Origin: Alphaproteobacteria bacterium | GTDB taxonomy: Bacteria; Pseudomonadota; Alphaproteobacteria; UBA828 | Length of the DNA stretch: 64,000 bases | Reading direction: 5' to 3' | NCBI GenBank assembly: GCA_965221125.1 | Contig: CBDCRW010000007.1 | Coordinates: 96,001-160,000 of the forward strand | Part shown: piece by piece, positions 47,279 to 57,596 of the stretch | Position numbering within the stretch: position 1 is the first letter of the stretch | Layout: every line of letters begins with the position of its first letter | Notes under the pieces: generated by a model | Seen by the model: the letters and a program-made list of their open reading frames with translations, nothing else | What the model was told of the DNA's origin: nothing | The model's database searches: none | Made by a program: the position numbers and the translations under genes

Positions 47279-49360
47279 TCAGAGGTCGAGCGCGGTCACC
47301 GTGTCGGCGCGGGCCTGGATGAAGGCGAGGCGGGATTCGGGGCGGCGGCCCATCAGCTCCTCAACGCGGCGCGCGGTGGCCGGGCCTGCCTCCTCGGCGA
47401 TCTCGACGCGGAGCAGCGTACGCCGCGCCGGGTCCATGGTCGTTTCCTTGAGCTGGGCCGGCGGCATCTCGCCCAGCCCCTTGAAGCGGCTGATCTCGAC
47501 CTTGCCGGCGCCCGCGAAATCGCTGGCGAGCAGGCGGTCGCGGTCGGCATCGTCGCGCGCATAGCGGGTGGTGCCGCCGCGCGCGAGGCGATAGAGCGGC
47601 GGCTGCGCGAGAAAGAGATGCCCGCCGTCGATCAGCCCCGGCATCTGCCGGTAGAAGAAGGTCATCAGCAGCGCGGCGATGTGGGCGCCGTCCACGTCCG
47701 CATCGGTCATGATGACGACGCGCTCGTAGCGCAGCGCGCCTGCGTCGAAGCGGGCGCCGGTGTTGCAGCCCAGCGCCTGGACCAGATCGTCGAGCTCCTT
47801 GTTGCCGCGCAGCTTGTCGGCGCTGGCGCTGGCCACGTTGAGGATCTTGCCGCGCAGCGGCAGCACGGCCTGCGTCTCGCGGTCGCGCGCCTGCTTGGCG
47901 GAGCCGCCGGCGGAATCGCCCTCGACCAGGAAGATCTCGGTGCCGCCGGCCGCCTCGCGCGCGCAATCGGCGAGCTTGCCGGGGAGCCGGGTCTTGCGGG
48001 CGGCGCGCTTGCGCGCGACCTCGCGGTCCTTCCTGCGCCGCAGCCGCTCCTCGGCGCGCTCGACGACGCGCTCCAGCAGCAGGTTGGCAGCGGCGGGGTC
48101 GGCCGAGAGCCAGTGGTCGAAGTGATCGCCCAGCGCGCTCTCCACCATGCGCCCGGCCTCGGGCGAGGTCAGGCGCTCCTTGGTCTGGCCCTGGAACTGC
48201 GGCTCGCGCAGGAAGACGGAGAGGAGCGCTGAGGCGCCGCCCGTCACGTCGTCCGCGTTGAGCTGGGCGGCGCGCTTGTTGCCCACGAGCGCGCCGTAGG
48301 CCCTGAGGCCGCGTACCAGCGCGGCGCGCATGCCCGCCTCGTGGCTGCCGCCGGCGCTGGTGGGCACGGTGTTGCAGTGGGAGGCGACGAAGCCCTCGTC
48401 GTCGTCCGGCCAGGCGATGGCCCACTCAAGGCGGCCGGAATCGCCGTTGAGCGTGCCCTGGCCTGCGAAGGGCGCCGGCGTCAGCGTGTGGCGCTTGCCG
48501 AGGACGGCGGTGAGATAGTCGACTAGGCCGCCCGGATAGTGCAGCACCGCCTTCTCCGGCGCCGTGCCGCCAGCGCCGAGCAGCGCCGCATCGCAGGCCC
48601 AGCGGATCTCGACGCCGCGGTGGAGGTAGGCCCGCGTCCGCGCCATCTCGAAGAGCGGCCCCGGCTGGAAGCGCAGCCCCTCGCCGAAGATTTCGGGATC
48701 GGGGCGGAAGCGCACCAGCGTGCCGCGCCGGTTGGTCACGGGGCCCGCGTCCTCCAGCGGCCCGGCGGGGAGGCCCTGGGCGTAGGCCTGCCGCCACAGC
48801 CGCTTGTCGCGCGCCACCTCGACCGTGAGCGAGGCGGAGAGTGCGTTCACGACCGAGAGGCCGACGCCGTGCAGCCCGCCCGACGTGGCGTACACCTTGT
48901 CGCCGAACTTGCCGCCGGAGTGCAGCGTGGTGAGGATCACCTCCAGCGCCGAGACGTTCTTGTACTTCGGGTGCGGGTCGACCGGGATGCCCCGCCCGTT
49001 GTCCCTGACCGAGGCCGCGCCGTCCTCGTGGAGCGCGATCTCGATCCGGCTCGCGTGGCCGGCGATCGCCTCGTCCATCGAATTGTCGATCAGCTCGGCG
49101 AGCAGGTGATGCAGCGCCCGCTGGTCGGTGCCGCCGATGAACATGCCGGGCCGGCGGCGCACCGGCTCCAGCCCCTCCAGAATCTCGATGTCGTGCGCCG
49201 TGTATTCGCCGTTGGCAGGCGGCGCGGCGTCAGGCCTCGACGCCGGCCGCTTGCGCCGGCCCGCGCGCGCAGCCTTGCCCCCGCCCTTGCGCGGAGCCTT
49301 GCGCTTGCCCGAGGGGGCGCTCTCGTCGAGCCCTGCGAAGAGATCGAGAGTATCGGCCAT
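47279..49360 (-). CDS. parE: DNA topoisomerase IV subunit B
   Basis: LEGLEPVRRRPGMFIG, DNSMDE, GGLHGVG, EGDSAGGSAK, PLRGK, MTDADVDG, RFKGLGEM; no GyrB insertion. Confidence 0.95.
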   Translation of the reverse strand: MADTLDLFAGLDESAPSGKRKAPRKGGGKAARAGRRKRPASRPDAAPPANGEYTAHDIEILEGLEPVRRRPGMFIGGTDQRALHHLLAELIDNSMDEAIAGHASRIEIALHEDGAASVRDNGRGIPVDPHPKYKNVSALEVILTTLHSGGKFGDKVYATSGGLHGVGLSVVNALSASLTVEVARDKRLWRQAYAQGLPAGPLEDAGPVTNRRGTLVRFRPDPEIFGEGLRFQPGPLFEMARTRAYLHRGVEIRWACDAALLGAGGTAPEKAVLHYPGGLVDYLTAVLGKRHTLTPAPFAGQGTLNGDSGRLEWAIAWPDDDEGFVASHCNTVPTSAGGSHEAGMRAALVRGLRAYGALVGNKRAAQLNADDVTGGASALLSVFLREPQFQGQTKERLTSPEAGRMVESALGDHFDHWLSADPAAANLLLERVVERAEERLRRRKDREVARKRAARKTRLPGKLADCAREAAGGTEIFLVEGDSAGGSAKQARDRETQAVLPLRGKILNVASASADKLRGNKELDDLVQALGCNTGARFDAGALRYERVVIMTDADVDGAHIAALLMTFFYRQMPGLIDGGHLFLAQPPLYRLARGGTTRYARDDADRDRLLASDFAGAGKVEISRFKGLGEMPPAQLKETTMDPARRTLLRVEIAEEAGPATARRVEELMGRRPESRLAFIQARADTVTALDL

Positions 49361-49685
49361 GGATCGGAACGGTCCGGTCGTCGAACGAATGCGCAACGTC
49401 ATAGCACAAGGAGGGCCGCGGTGTCTGCCAACGATAGGCCGACATGTTGTGGGCAGCGTGCGTATTGCCACAACGGATAGTCGTCTGCCGACAGCGAACG
49501 CCAACTGAGCGTCTGACGCTACAGGCCGATCCTCCCCCGCGTGCTCGTGCTTCTCGTCCATGTGCCGCGGGTTGAACGCAAGGCACGCGGGAATGGACGA
49601 CGCGAGGGAGCTCCGGACCAGGACCACCTTTCTTCGGCACCGGGGAATGATATAACCCCGCGGTCCCCAAAACGGTGCGGATGCC

Positions 49686-51110
49686 ATGACCCAGGAATTG
49701 TGGAGGCGGAGCGCGGTCGAGCTCGCCGCGATGATCCGGGCGCGCGAGGCATCGTGCGTCGAGGTGATGGAGGCGGTGCTGGGGCGCATCGCCCGGCACA
49801 ACGGGCGCATCAACGCGATCGTCGTCGACTGCGGCGAGGACGCGTTGCGGGCTGCTGCGCAAAAGGACCGCGAAGTCGACGACGGCGCCGACCTCGGGCC
49901 GCTGCACGGGGTCCCGGTCACCATCAAGGAGAATATCGACGTGGCCGGGCAGGCGACGCCGAACGGCATGCCCGCCTACGCCGACGTCATCGCGCCGGAT
50001 CACTCCCCGGTGACGCGCAACCTGCTCGATGCCGGCGCGATCATCATCGGGCGCACCAACACGCCCGAGCTTTCCATGCGCGGGACCACGGACAACCCGC
50101 TGCGCGGCCGGACCCTCAACCCCTGGGACGAGGAAACGTCGCCAGGCGGGTCTTCCGGCGGTGGATCGGCCGCCGCGGCGATGGGGTTCGGGCCGATTCA
50201 CCACGGCAACGACATCGGCGGCTCGCTCCGCTTCCCCTCGTTCGCATGCGGGCTGGCAACGGTGAAGCCGACCCTCGGCCGGGTGCCCGCGTACAACCCG
50301 AGCGCGGCGGCGGAACGCGGGCTGCTGGCACAGCTCAGCTCCGTCCAGGGCGTCATGTGCCGCGAGGTGCGGGACGTGCGGCTGGGCACGCGGGTGCTCG
50401 CGGGCGGCGACCCGCGCGATCCCTGGTGGGTGCCGGTCCCCTTCGACGGACCGGCGCTCGATCCGCCGATCAAGGTCGCGGTCACGTGCGAGACCCACGG
50501 CTATCCGATCAATCCGGAGATCGTCGCCGGCATCGAACGGGCGGCGGACGTGCTGAGCGATGCGGGCTACGCGGTGGAGCGCGTGGAGACGCCGTCCATC
50601 ATGAAGCCCGCGCAGGCGTGGTTCGACGTGCTCGCGAGCGAGATCGACCACTTCCTGGGGCCTGCCGCGCGCGCGCACGGCAGCGAGACCATCCGGACGA
50701 TCATCGCGCACTACCAGCGCATCGGAAATCCGGTGGACGCCGCCGGATACCGCCAGGGCATCGCCGATCGCACCGCGCTCACCCGCGAGTGGAGCGTCTT
50801 TCTCGACGCGTATCCGCTGGTGCTGTGCCCGTTCCTCATGCGCTCGATGTACGCGTGGGACTATGACGCGCAGGGCTTCGAGCAGGTGCAGGACCTTTTC
50901 CAGTCCGCCATCTACAGCACGGGCATCAATTACCTGAGCCTGCCGGCCGGCGTGGTGCCAATCGGCTTTGCCGACGGCCTGCCGGCGGGCGTGCAGATCG
51001 TCGGCCGCCGCTACCGGGAAGACCTGATCCTCGATGCGATGGAGGCGGTCGAAGCCTCCGTCGGCATCCTCACGCAGACGCTGTGGGAGCGGGAGGAAAG
51101 CGCAGCATAG
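49686..51110 (+). CDS. Amidase signature family enzyme
   Basis: GPLHGVP.TIK, GGSSGG, GNDIGGSLR.P motifs. Confidence 0.93.
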   Translation: MTQELWRRSAVELAAMIRAREASCVEVMEAVLGRIARHNGRINAIVVDCGEDALRAAAQKDREVDDGADLGPLHGVPVTIKENIDVAGQATPNGMPAYADVIAPDHSPVTRNLLDAGAIIIGRTNTPELSMRGTTDNPLRGRTLNPWDEETSPGGSSGGGSAAAAMGFGPIHHGNDIGGSLRFPSFACGLATVKPTLGRVPAYNPSAAAERGLLAQLSSVQGVMCREVRDVRLGTRVLAGGDPRDPWWVPVPFDGPALDPPIKVAVTCETHGYPINPEIVAGIERAADVLSDAGYAVERVETPSIMKPAQAWFDVLASEIDHFLGPAARAHGSETIRTIIAHYQRIGNPVDAAGYRQGIADRTALTREWSVFLDAYPLVLCPFLMRSMYAWDYDAQGFEQVQDLFQSAIYSTGINYLSLPAGVVPIGFADGLPAGVQIVGRRYREDLILDAMEAVEASVGILTQTLWEREESAA

Positions 51111-51127
51111 AGCCGCGCAGACCCTGA

Positions 51128-51150
51128 CCCTGGTGGGAAATGCGGGCTGA
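51128..51150 (-). repeat. Dispersed 23-bp repeat, copy 2 (TCAGCCCGCATTTCCCACCAGGG)
   Basis: Reverse-strand match to 29048-29070. Confidence 0.7.
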
Positions 51151-51159
51151 CCCCTCCCC

Positions 51160-52329
51160 TCAGCCCGTGCCTGACTCCAGGCCGTCCTTCGTCTCAGCGA
51201 GTATCTGGTCGACCACGTGGAGCAACGCCTGCTCTTCGCTATCTCCCTCCAGGCGGCGCAGGCGGTAGAGGTCGGCCTGGCGGTCCGCCCCGGTCCCCTC
51301 CCTGATGATGTCGAGCGCGCCGCGCACCTCCGCCTCGCACCCGAGCGCGCGGGCGTCGTCCACGAGCTCATCGACCAGCGCCGCCGCGTAGTCGTCGATA
51401 TCCACGCGGCCGCCGCCGGAGCCCCGGTCGCCGAAGAAGGCGAGCACGCCGTAGCGCTGGGCGATCCAGCGGTCCTGGGCGATGAGCTCGGTGAGCGGTT
51501 CCGACGGCAGCGCGCCGTCCCGGTCCTGCCGCAGGAGCCGGCGGATGAGGGAGGCGTAGAGCGCCGCGATGGTCACCGCGTCCTCAAGGCGCGTGCAGAC
51601 ATCGCAGATGCGGAGCTCGATGGTGGGAAAGGCGCTGGCCGGGCGGATGTCCCACCACAGCTCCCTGGCGTCTCCAATGTACTCCATCCGCCGATACTCG
51701 GCGACGAGCCACTCGTAGTCGGCCTGGGAATGCAGCTGGCGGGGCAGGCCCGTGCGCGGCAAAGCGCCCATCACGGTGAGACGGAACGACTTGAACCCGG
51801 TCTCGTGCCCGCCGTTGAACGGCGAGGAGGCGGAGAGCGCATGCAGAAACGGCAGGTAGCGCCTGAGCGCGGTCATCACCCGGATGCGCGAGTCCGGTTC
51901 GCCGAAGCCCGCATGAATGTGCATGCCGCCGACGAGGGCGCGGCGCACGGTCTCCTGGTACGTGGTGGCGAACCGCTTGTAGCGCTCCCCGGGCGTCGGC
52001 GACTGCTCCCGCCACGAGGCGAAGGGGTGGGTGGAGGCCGCCAGCACGCGGGCACCGTGCGTCTCCGCCGCGCGGACGACCAGTTGGCGCGTCTCGCGCA
52101 ATGCGGTGCGCACGTCGGCCACCGAGTTGCACACCCGCGTGTTGGTCTCGATCTGGGAGCGCAGGAACTCGTGCACCACCTTGTGTGGCCCGCCGGCCTG
52201 CTCGCACGCCTCGAAAATGCCCTCATCCGGGTCGGCGAGGAGGTCGCGGGTCGCGGGATCGACGAGAAAGAATTCTTCTTCGACTCCGAGCGTGATGCCG
52301 AGCCCGTCTCCGGTGTCGGCGGCGTTCAT
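51160..52329 (-). CDS. ybdK: Carboxylate-amine ligase (YbdK/GCS2 family)
   Basis: TLGVEEEF, QIE, GMHIH, S.SSPF, WWDIRP, TIELRICD motifs. Confidence 0.9.
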   Translation of the reverse strand: MNAADTGDGLGITLGVEEEFFLVDPATRDLLADPDEGIFEACEQAGGPHKVVHEFLRSQIETNTRVCNSVADVRTALRETRQLVVRAAETHGARVLAASTHPFASWREQSPTPGERYKRFATTYQETVRRALVGGMHIHAGFGEPDSRIRVMTALRRYLPFLHALSASSPFNGGHETGFKSFRLTVMGALPRTGLPRQLHSQADYEWLVAEYRRMEYIGDARELWWDIRPASAFPTIELRICDVCTRLEDAVTIAALYASLIRRLLRQDRDGALPSEPLTELIAQDRWIAQRYGVLAFFGDRGSGGGRVDIDDYAAALVDELVDDARALGCEAEVRGALDIIREGTGADRQADLYRLRRLEGDSEEQALLHVVDQILAETKDGLESGTG

Positions 52330-52482
52330 GGCCGTCTCGCGACCCTTGGCCGCGTCGTCCCGTGACACATCATCGTCAAGACCTTGCTACCGCCTGTCGC
52401 GTCATCGCGATCGAGGATTGCACAGATTAGCCCGTCACGTAGGTCTGCCTCGTTAGACGTGACGAGCAGCGCAGGCTAAGCG

Positions 52483-53538
52483 CTAGAGTTTATCGAAGTC
52501 GTCGTAACTCATTGAACTCGTTCGAGCGTTCCCACCACTCACGGCTTGCAGAGTGAGCTCCCAACCGGCAGTGCGTATATCATAGTCGATTCTCCTATCA
52601 AACATTTGGGCAGCCCCCTGAATACAGAATGACTTTCGCTCGACATCAAATATAGAATCCGTACCAAATGCAACCATATAGGAACCGTGCGGTATTCCCC
52701 TCAGAGACGCCGTTTTTCCTGCCTCGACAAGTACTGAAATCACTGCTTCGTCGTGTTCCCGGACTAGTTTCACGTAAGCATTGTCTCGCAATCCGTTCTC
52801 AACCGAAAAGTCGTTCCCGTTATCGGGATAATGCCTTCCATCAACAACGTAATTGTGGCCCGGGCGGGGCTTCGGTACATGCTCCTCGCAATGCCTTAGG
52901 CGGGCTTCCGACCCGGACCCACCTTCGAGGAGGCCACCGATGACCCACCCGAACTTGAGCACATTGTCCAGCGACGGCACCTTCCATTCGACTTCGTACC
53001 ATTGCCCCTGCACGCGACCAGTCTTGATGAGCTCACCCCATCGCGGAACACGGTTTAGTTCCGGCGCAGAAGCTTTCGGAGCCGCACGAACTATGGCCTC
53101 TTCGTCATTGACGTACACACGTCTATTTTCACGGTCTACTCTGGCTTTCTTGATTCGTAAAGCACCTTGACCTTCAAGAAATTGACGCTTGGCTATCGTC
53201 AATTCACTTTGAATGTTGGTTTCGTCCGTCTCATAATACCCCTTATTTGAACACCGATGGTTAAATTGACTTATTCGAGCGTTGTAGCTATCGACTTCCC
53301 ATCCCTTGTAAGCATCTATCTCATTGCTTTCTCCCTCTAATCTGACATCTTCGAAGACACACCATCGCAGTTCCCTTAACGTTGGGTGATCATTCTCATC
53401 TGGTATTGCTTCTTCCGGTTCTGCGCTCCATCCCTTACCGCTAATGCCGACGATAGCCAAGGTCATGACCAGCGAAACGATAATCGCCGATACCCTTACC
53501 AGAGGCAGGAGTTGACGAGCAGCGAGCATTCTTGTCAT
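52483..53538 (-). CDS. Secreted/membrane-anchored hypothetical protein with bacterial SH3-like domain
   Basis: 351-aa ORF in an AT-richer insert; N-terminal hydrophobic segment; VR.AP...A......V....L...G..QG.WY.V......FGWV SH3b pattern. Confidence 0.7.
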   Translation of the reverse strand: MTRMLAARQLLPLVRVSAIIVSLVMTLAIVGISGKGWSAEPEEAIPDENDHPTLRELRWCVFEDVRLEGESNEIDAYKGWEVDSYNARISQFNHRCSNKGYYETDETNIQSELTIAKRQFLEGQGALRIKKARVDRENRRVYVNDEEAIVRAAPKASAPELNRVPRWGELIKTGRVQGQWYEVEWKVPSLDNVLKFGWVIGGLLEGGSGSEARLRHCEEHVPKPRPGHNYVVDGRHYPDNGNDFSVENGLRDNAYVKLVREHDEAVISVLVEAGKTASLRGIPHGSYMVAFGTDSIFDVERKSFCIQGAAQMFDRRIDYDIRTAGWELTLQAVSGGNARTSSMSYDDFDKL

Positions 53539-53861
53539 CAGTTCTACCGCTCCAAGTTAGGACCGAAACTCGTGCGTGCGAAATGATCAATCAATGCGAG
53601 AAGACGTCTCTCACTCTCCTGCATCACTATCTTATGTGATGGGAACTGTCGTCTAGGGTGATTCGCCGATATAACGAAAAGGCTATGCGTCATGCTTGTG
53701 ACGGATGCATAAGTGCGTGTAACTCAGATTTTGACCTCGCTGTGCACCACGAGGCGTTTGACATGCCCCGTGTCGAGGACCCTCATGAGCCAACGCTTCC
53801 ACAGGACCCTGCCCGGCGCAATCGGTTAGTATGGGCGCGAGACAGCCGCGAAGAGAGACCA

Positions 53862-54998
53862 TTGCAGCTCCAGACCGAACGACGCCTCGCCGCCGAGGCG
53901 CTCGACCGCATCGGCCGCGGCGCCTTGCCGGAGGCCGAGGCCACGATGGCGATCGACGGCCGCCGCTACACCTGCGAGACGGCGCTCGCCGACGAGATCG
54001 CGGCACTCTTCCGGCGCCACCCGCTGCCGCTCGCCTTCGGCTGCGAGATCGAAGGGCCCGGCGACTACCTCACGCTCGATATCGCCGGCGTGCCGGTGCT
54101 GCTGATTCGGGACGACGACGGCACCGTGCGCGGCCTGCTCAACACCTGCCGGCACCGCGGCGCCCGCCTGCTGGACGGCGCCGGCCGCGTCGGCAAGGCC
54201 TTCGTCTGCCCCTACCACAACTGGGCGTATGACCGCTGCGGCGTGCTCAGGGCGCAGCCGGCGGCCGAGCACTTCCCCGGCATCACGGTCGGCGAAGAAG
54301 CGCTGGTGCGCTTCCCCACCGAGGAGCGGGACGGCTTCGTCTGGCTGTTGCTCGACCCCGCCGGCAGGCTCGATCTCGACGACGCCCTCGGCCCGCTCGG
54401 GCCGGAGCTTGCGGCCTTCGGGCTCGCGGACTACCGCCACCGCGGCAGTCACGACTGGACCAAGCGGATGAACTGGAAGCTGGGCGTGGATACCTTCCTC
54501 GAGTACTACCACGTGCCTATCCTGCACCGCGCCTCCATCGGCAAGACGCTGTTCGGCACGGTCTTCCTCTACGAGGCCTGCGGCCGGCATGCGCGCCTCG
54601 TCGCGCCCCGCCGCAGCATCGTGGACCAGCATGGCGGCGACCCGGCGAGTTGGCGCGTGCTGCCGCATGCGACCATCGTCTACCGGCTCTTCCCCAACGC
54701 GGTGTTCATCAGCCAGGGCCCGCACGTCGAGCTCGTGCGCTTCTTCCCCGATCCCGAGCGGCCCGACACCACGGCCTGCCGCTTCAGCTTCGCCTCGCCC
54801 GCCGACGACACCAGCGAGCGCGACTGGGAGGAGATGATGCGCCTCGCGCTGGGCGTGCTCGACACCGAGGACTTCGCCGTGATGGAGGGCGTGCAGGCCA
54901 ACCTCGCCGCTGGCGTGCAGCGCGAGATCGTGTTCGGCCGGAACGAGATCGGCCTGCAGAACTTTCACCGGATGCGCGATGCCGCGCTGAACGGCTGA
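53862..54998 (+). CDS. Rieske non-heme iron oxygenase alpha subunit
   Basis: NTCRHRG...CPYHNW Rieske motif; NWK...DTFLEYYH...LH and ED motifs; TTG start inferred. Confidence 0.9.
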   Translation: MQLQTERRLAAEALDRIGRGALPEAEATMAIDGRRYTCETALADEIAALFRRHPLPLAFGCEIEGPGDYLTLDIAGVPVLLIRDDDGTVRGLLNTCRHRGARLLDGAGRVGKAFVCPYHNWAYDRCGVLRAQPAAEHFPGITVGEEALVRFPTEERDGFVWLLLDPAGRLDLDDALGPLGPELAAFGLADYRHRGSHDWTKRMNWKLGVDTFLEYYHVPILHRASIGKTLFGTVFLYEACGRHARLVAPRRSIVDQHGGDPASWRVLPHATIVYRLFPNAVFISQGPHVELVRFFPDPERPDTTACRFSFASPADDTSERDWEEMMRLALGVLDTEDFAVMEGVQANLAAGVQREIVFGRNEIGLQNFHRMRDAALNG

Positions 54999-55020
54999 GC
55001 GCGGCGTCGGGAGCGCACCC

Positions 55021-55929
55021 ATGTCCAAGACCTACCTCTTCACCGTCGGCCCTTCGACCCCGCCGGCCATGACCATCGACCCCGGCGCGGAGATCGAGGT
55101 GACGGTGGACGGCGCCTTCGACGATATCGAGGACATCGCCGAGGTGCCGACGCCCTTCACGCCTGCGTCCGAGGGGCATCCGCTCGCGCCGGTGACCGGG
55201 CCGATCGCCGTGCGCGGCGCAAAGCCGGGCGATTCCGTGGCGATCGACCTGCTCGAGATCGAGCCGTTCGGCGAAGGCGCCAACGCGGTGCTGCGCAACT
55301 TCGGCGTGCTCAAGGAGGAGTTCGAGGAGCCCGCCATCGTCGCCTGCCCGATCCGCGACGGGCAAGCCTGGTTCGGCGACCGGGTGGCGATCCCGCTTGC
55401 GCCCAATCTTGGCACGCTCAGCACCATGCCGCCGGAAGGCTACCGGCCGTCCCACGCCGGACCCTACGGCGGCGACTTCGACCAGCGCGACGTGAGCGTG
55501 GGCGCGCGCGTCCACCTGCCGGTGATGGTCGACGACGCGCTGATCTTCATGGCCGACCCCCACGCCGCCATCAGCGACGGCATCATCAGCGGCACCGGCG
55601 TCGAGTGCTCGGCCCGGGTGCGGGCGCGGATCTCGCTCAACAGGGAGAGCCCGGTCGCGCGGCCCATCTTCGAGCAGAACGGCACGGTGCAGATCGTGGG
55701 CTACGGCCCCTCGGTGGAGGCGGCGACCGAAGACGCGTCGAAGGCCGCCGTCGGCCTGGTGGCAGGTTGGACCGGACTCTCGCGGCGCGAGGCCTACATG
55801 CTGCTCGGCATCGTCGGCGAGCTCCGCATCGGCACCTCGCCCCGGCCCACCATGGCGGCGCGGCTGATCGTCGACAAGGCCGTGCTCGCCTCGGCGGGCT
55901 GGGACGGCGCCGTGGTGCCGCTGGCCTGA
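55021..55929 (+). CDS. Acetamidase/formamidase family protein
   Basis: TGPI.V.GA.PGD, GGDFD, D.HA..SDG and G.E motifs. Confidence 0.88.
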   Translation: MSKTYLFTVGPSTPPAMTIDPGAEIEVTVDGAFDDIEDIAEVPTPFTPASEGHPLAPVTGPIAVRGAKPGDSVAIDLLEIEPFGEGANAVLRNFGVLKEEFEEPAIVACPIRDGQAWFGDRVAIPLAPNLGTLSTMPPEGYRPSHAGPYGGDFDQRDVSVGARVHLPVMVDDALIFMADPHAAISDGIISGTGVECSARVRARISLNRESPVARPIFEQNGTVQIVGYGPSVEAATEDASKAAVGLVAGWTGLSRREAYMLLGIVGELRIGTSPRPTMAARLIVDKAVLASAGWDGAVVPLA

Positions 55930-55965
55930 CGGACGCCGTCCCCGCGCCCCCGTTACTCCGGCCCC

Positions 55966-57402
55966 CTAGGCGAAGAAGTAAGGCGACAGGCCTTGCTGAT
56001 TCTCGTCCACGATCAGGCGGCGGCCGGGCGGCGGATAGGCGCGCGCGCTGCAATCGGAGCGCTCGCAGAGCCGGCAGTTGATGCCGATGGGCGTGACGCC
56101 CGAAGGCCGCTCGGGGTCGAGGCCGGCGCCATAGACGAGGCGGTTGGCATGGGAAAGCTGGCAGCCGATCGCAACCACGAGCTGCTGGCCCGGCAGCGCG
56201 TGGCCCGCGCCCGGCCGCACAACTGTGCGCGCAATCGTGAGGTAGCGCGCACCGCCCGGCATCTCCACGATGTCGAGGCGGGTCTCGCCCGGCGCCCGGA
56301 AGGCGCGGTGCACCCCCCAGCGCGGGCAGAGACCGCCGAAGCGGGCGAAGCGGAAGCCGTCGGCATCGAAACGGCGCAGCACGTTGCCCGCGCAGTCGAG
56401 GTGAACGAGGAAGAACGGCACCCCCTTGGCGCCGGGCCGCTGCAGGGTGATGAGCCGTTGGCAGACATGCTCGAACGACGCACCGAAGCGCCGGCCGAGG
56501 AGGTCGATGTCGTAGTCGAGCGCCTCGGCGGCGGCGTGGAAGCGCTCGTAGGGCATCACGCAGGCACCGGCAAAGTGGTTCGCGAGGTCGATGACGAGGA
56601 GGCGGCGCGCCTCCCCCTCGAGACCCGCGTGGGCGGCGATATCGTCGAAAAGCTCGCGCCAGCCGAGCAGCCCCAGCTGATGGGCGAGCTGAAAGACCCG
56701 CTCCTCGGGCGCGAGCGCGTCGGAGAGCAGGACGCGCCGGCCGTGGCGGTCGTAGCGACGGACCAGATCGTGCATGACGTCCGCCGGCATGAGCCGGAGC
56801 TTGAGGCCGTGGGCGTTCGTGAGGACGGCGCGCAGCCCTTCGTAGAGGCCGTCCGGATCGAGGCTCTCGTCGGCCCGGAGCCGCTCGGCAGCCTCCTCGA
56901 TCTCGGGGAAATAGCAGGACCGGCTCTGCATGAACTCCTGCACCTGGTCGTTCGGGCTCCCGGCAGCCCCGGCCAGCGGGGCCGGCGGTTTGCCCTCCCC
57001 GGCGGCGCCCGGCCCTTCGGCACCGTCCATCGTGTTCTCCAGGAGGTCGCGGTAGGCGCGGAAGAGCAGGATGACGGCATCGCCGAGCGCCGGGCTTGCC
57101 TGAGCCGCGTCGCGAATGTCTTGATCGCCCACCCGGCTTCGGGCAAACAACGGGTCGCCGAACACTTCCCGCAACTGGGCGGTGACGCGCCCCTCGTCGT
57201 CTTCCGCAAAGCGTTGGAGATCGATGTCGAACGCCTGGCCGAGCTTGAGCAGGAACGGAACCGTCACGGGCCGCTGGCTGCGCTCGATGAGGTTGAGGTA
57301 GCTCGTGGAGATGCCGAGCTGCGCCGCCATGCGCGCCTGGGTGAGCCCGCGCTCGCGCCGGAGCCTGCGCACTCGCTGGCCCGCCATCACCTTGCCCTGC
57401 AT
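55966..57402 (-). CDS. ramB: RamB/ScfR-family XRE regulator
   Basis: N-terminal XRE HTH (GISTSYLNLIE..QRPVT), GG.CP.W and C-terminal C..C.R..C..RA.P; divergent from aceBA. Confidence 0.85.
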   Translation of the reverse strand: MQGKVMAGQRVRRLRRERGLTQARMAAQLGISTSYLNLIERSQRPVTVPFLLKLGQAFDIDLQRFAEDDEGRVTAQLREVFGDPLFARSRVGDQDIRDAAQASPALGDAVILLFRAYRDLLENTMDGAEGPGAAGEGKPPAPLAGAAGSPNDQVQEFMQSRSCYFPEIEEAAERLRADESLDPDGLYEGLRAVLTNAHGLKLRLMPADVMHDLVRRYDRHGRRVLLSDALAPEERVFQLAHQLGLLGWRELFDDIAAHAGLEGEARRLLVIDLANHFAGACVMPYERFHAAAEALDYDIDLLGRRFGASFEHVCQRLITLQRPGAKGVPFFLVHLDCAGNVLRRFDADGFRFARFGGLCPRWGVHRAFRAPGETRLDIVEMPGGARYLTIARTVVRPGAGHALPGQQLVVAIGCQLSHANRLVYGAGLDPERPSGVTPIGINCRLCERSDCSARAYPPPGRRLIVDENQQGLSPYFFA

Positions 57403-57450
57403 GGACCACCTCTCACACCGATGCCCGGTGCGCCCCGTGCGCACGCACCC

Positions 57451-57577
57451 TGTTTACTGAATTTACAATAACACAATGAATCGCATACTAAACATGAATG
57501 AAATACACATTTTTTTACAACAAGTTATGGACTTTCTCACCCCGTCGCGCGACATTGACGTCGTATTGCGATGCAAC
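57451..57577. promoter_or_regulatory. Divergent control region with TTTAC(AA) repeats and a TTGCGATGCAA palindrome
   Basis: TTTAC at 57453, TTTACAA at 57462 and 57514; TTGC-N3-GCAA at 57566-57576. Confidence 0.45.
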
Positions 57578-57596
57578 ACGCAAGGAGTAGCACGCG

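Noticed and set aside
49361-49969. 896-aa N-terminally extended ParE
   Set aside because: The extension is antisense to the amidase and spans the promoter region; the likely start is 49360
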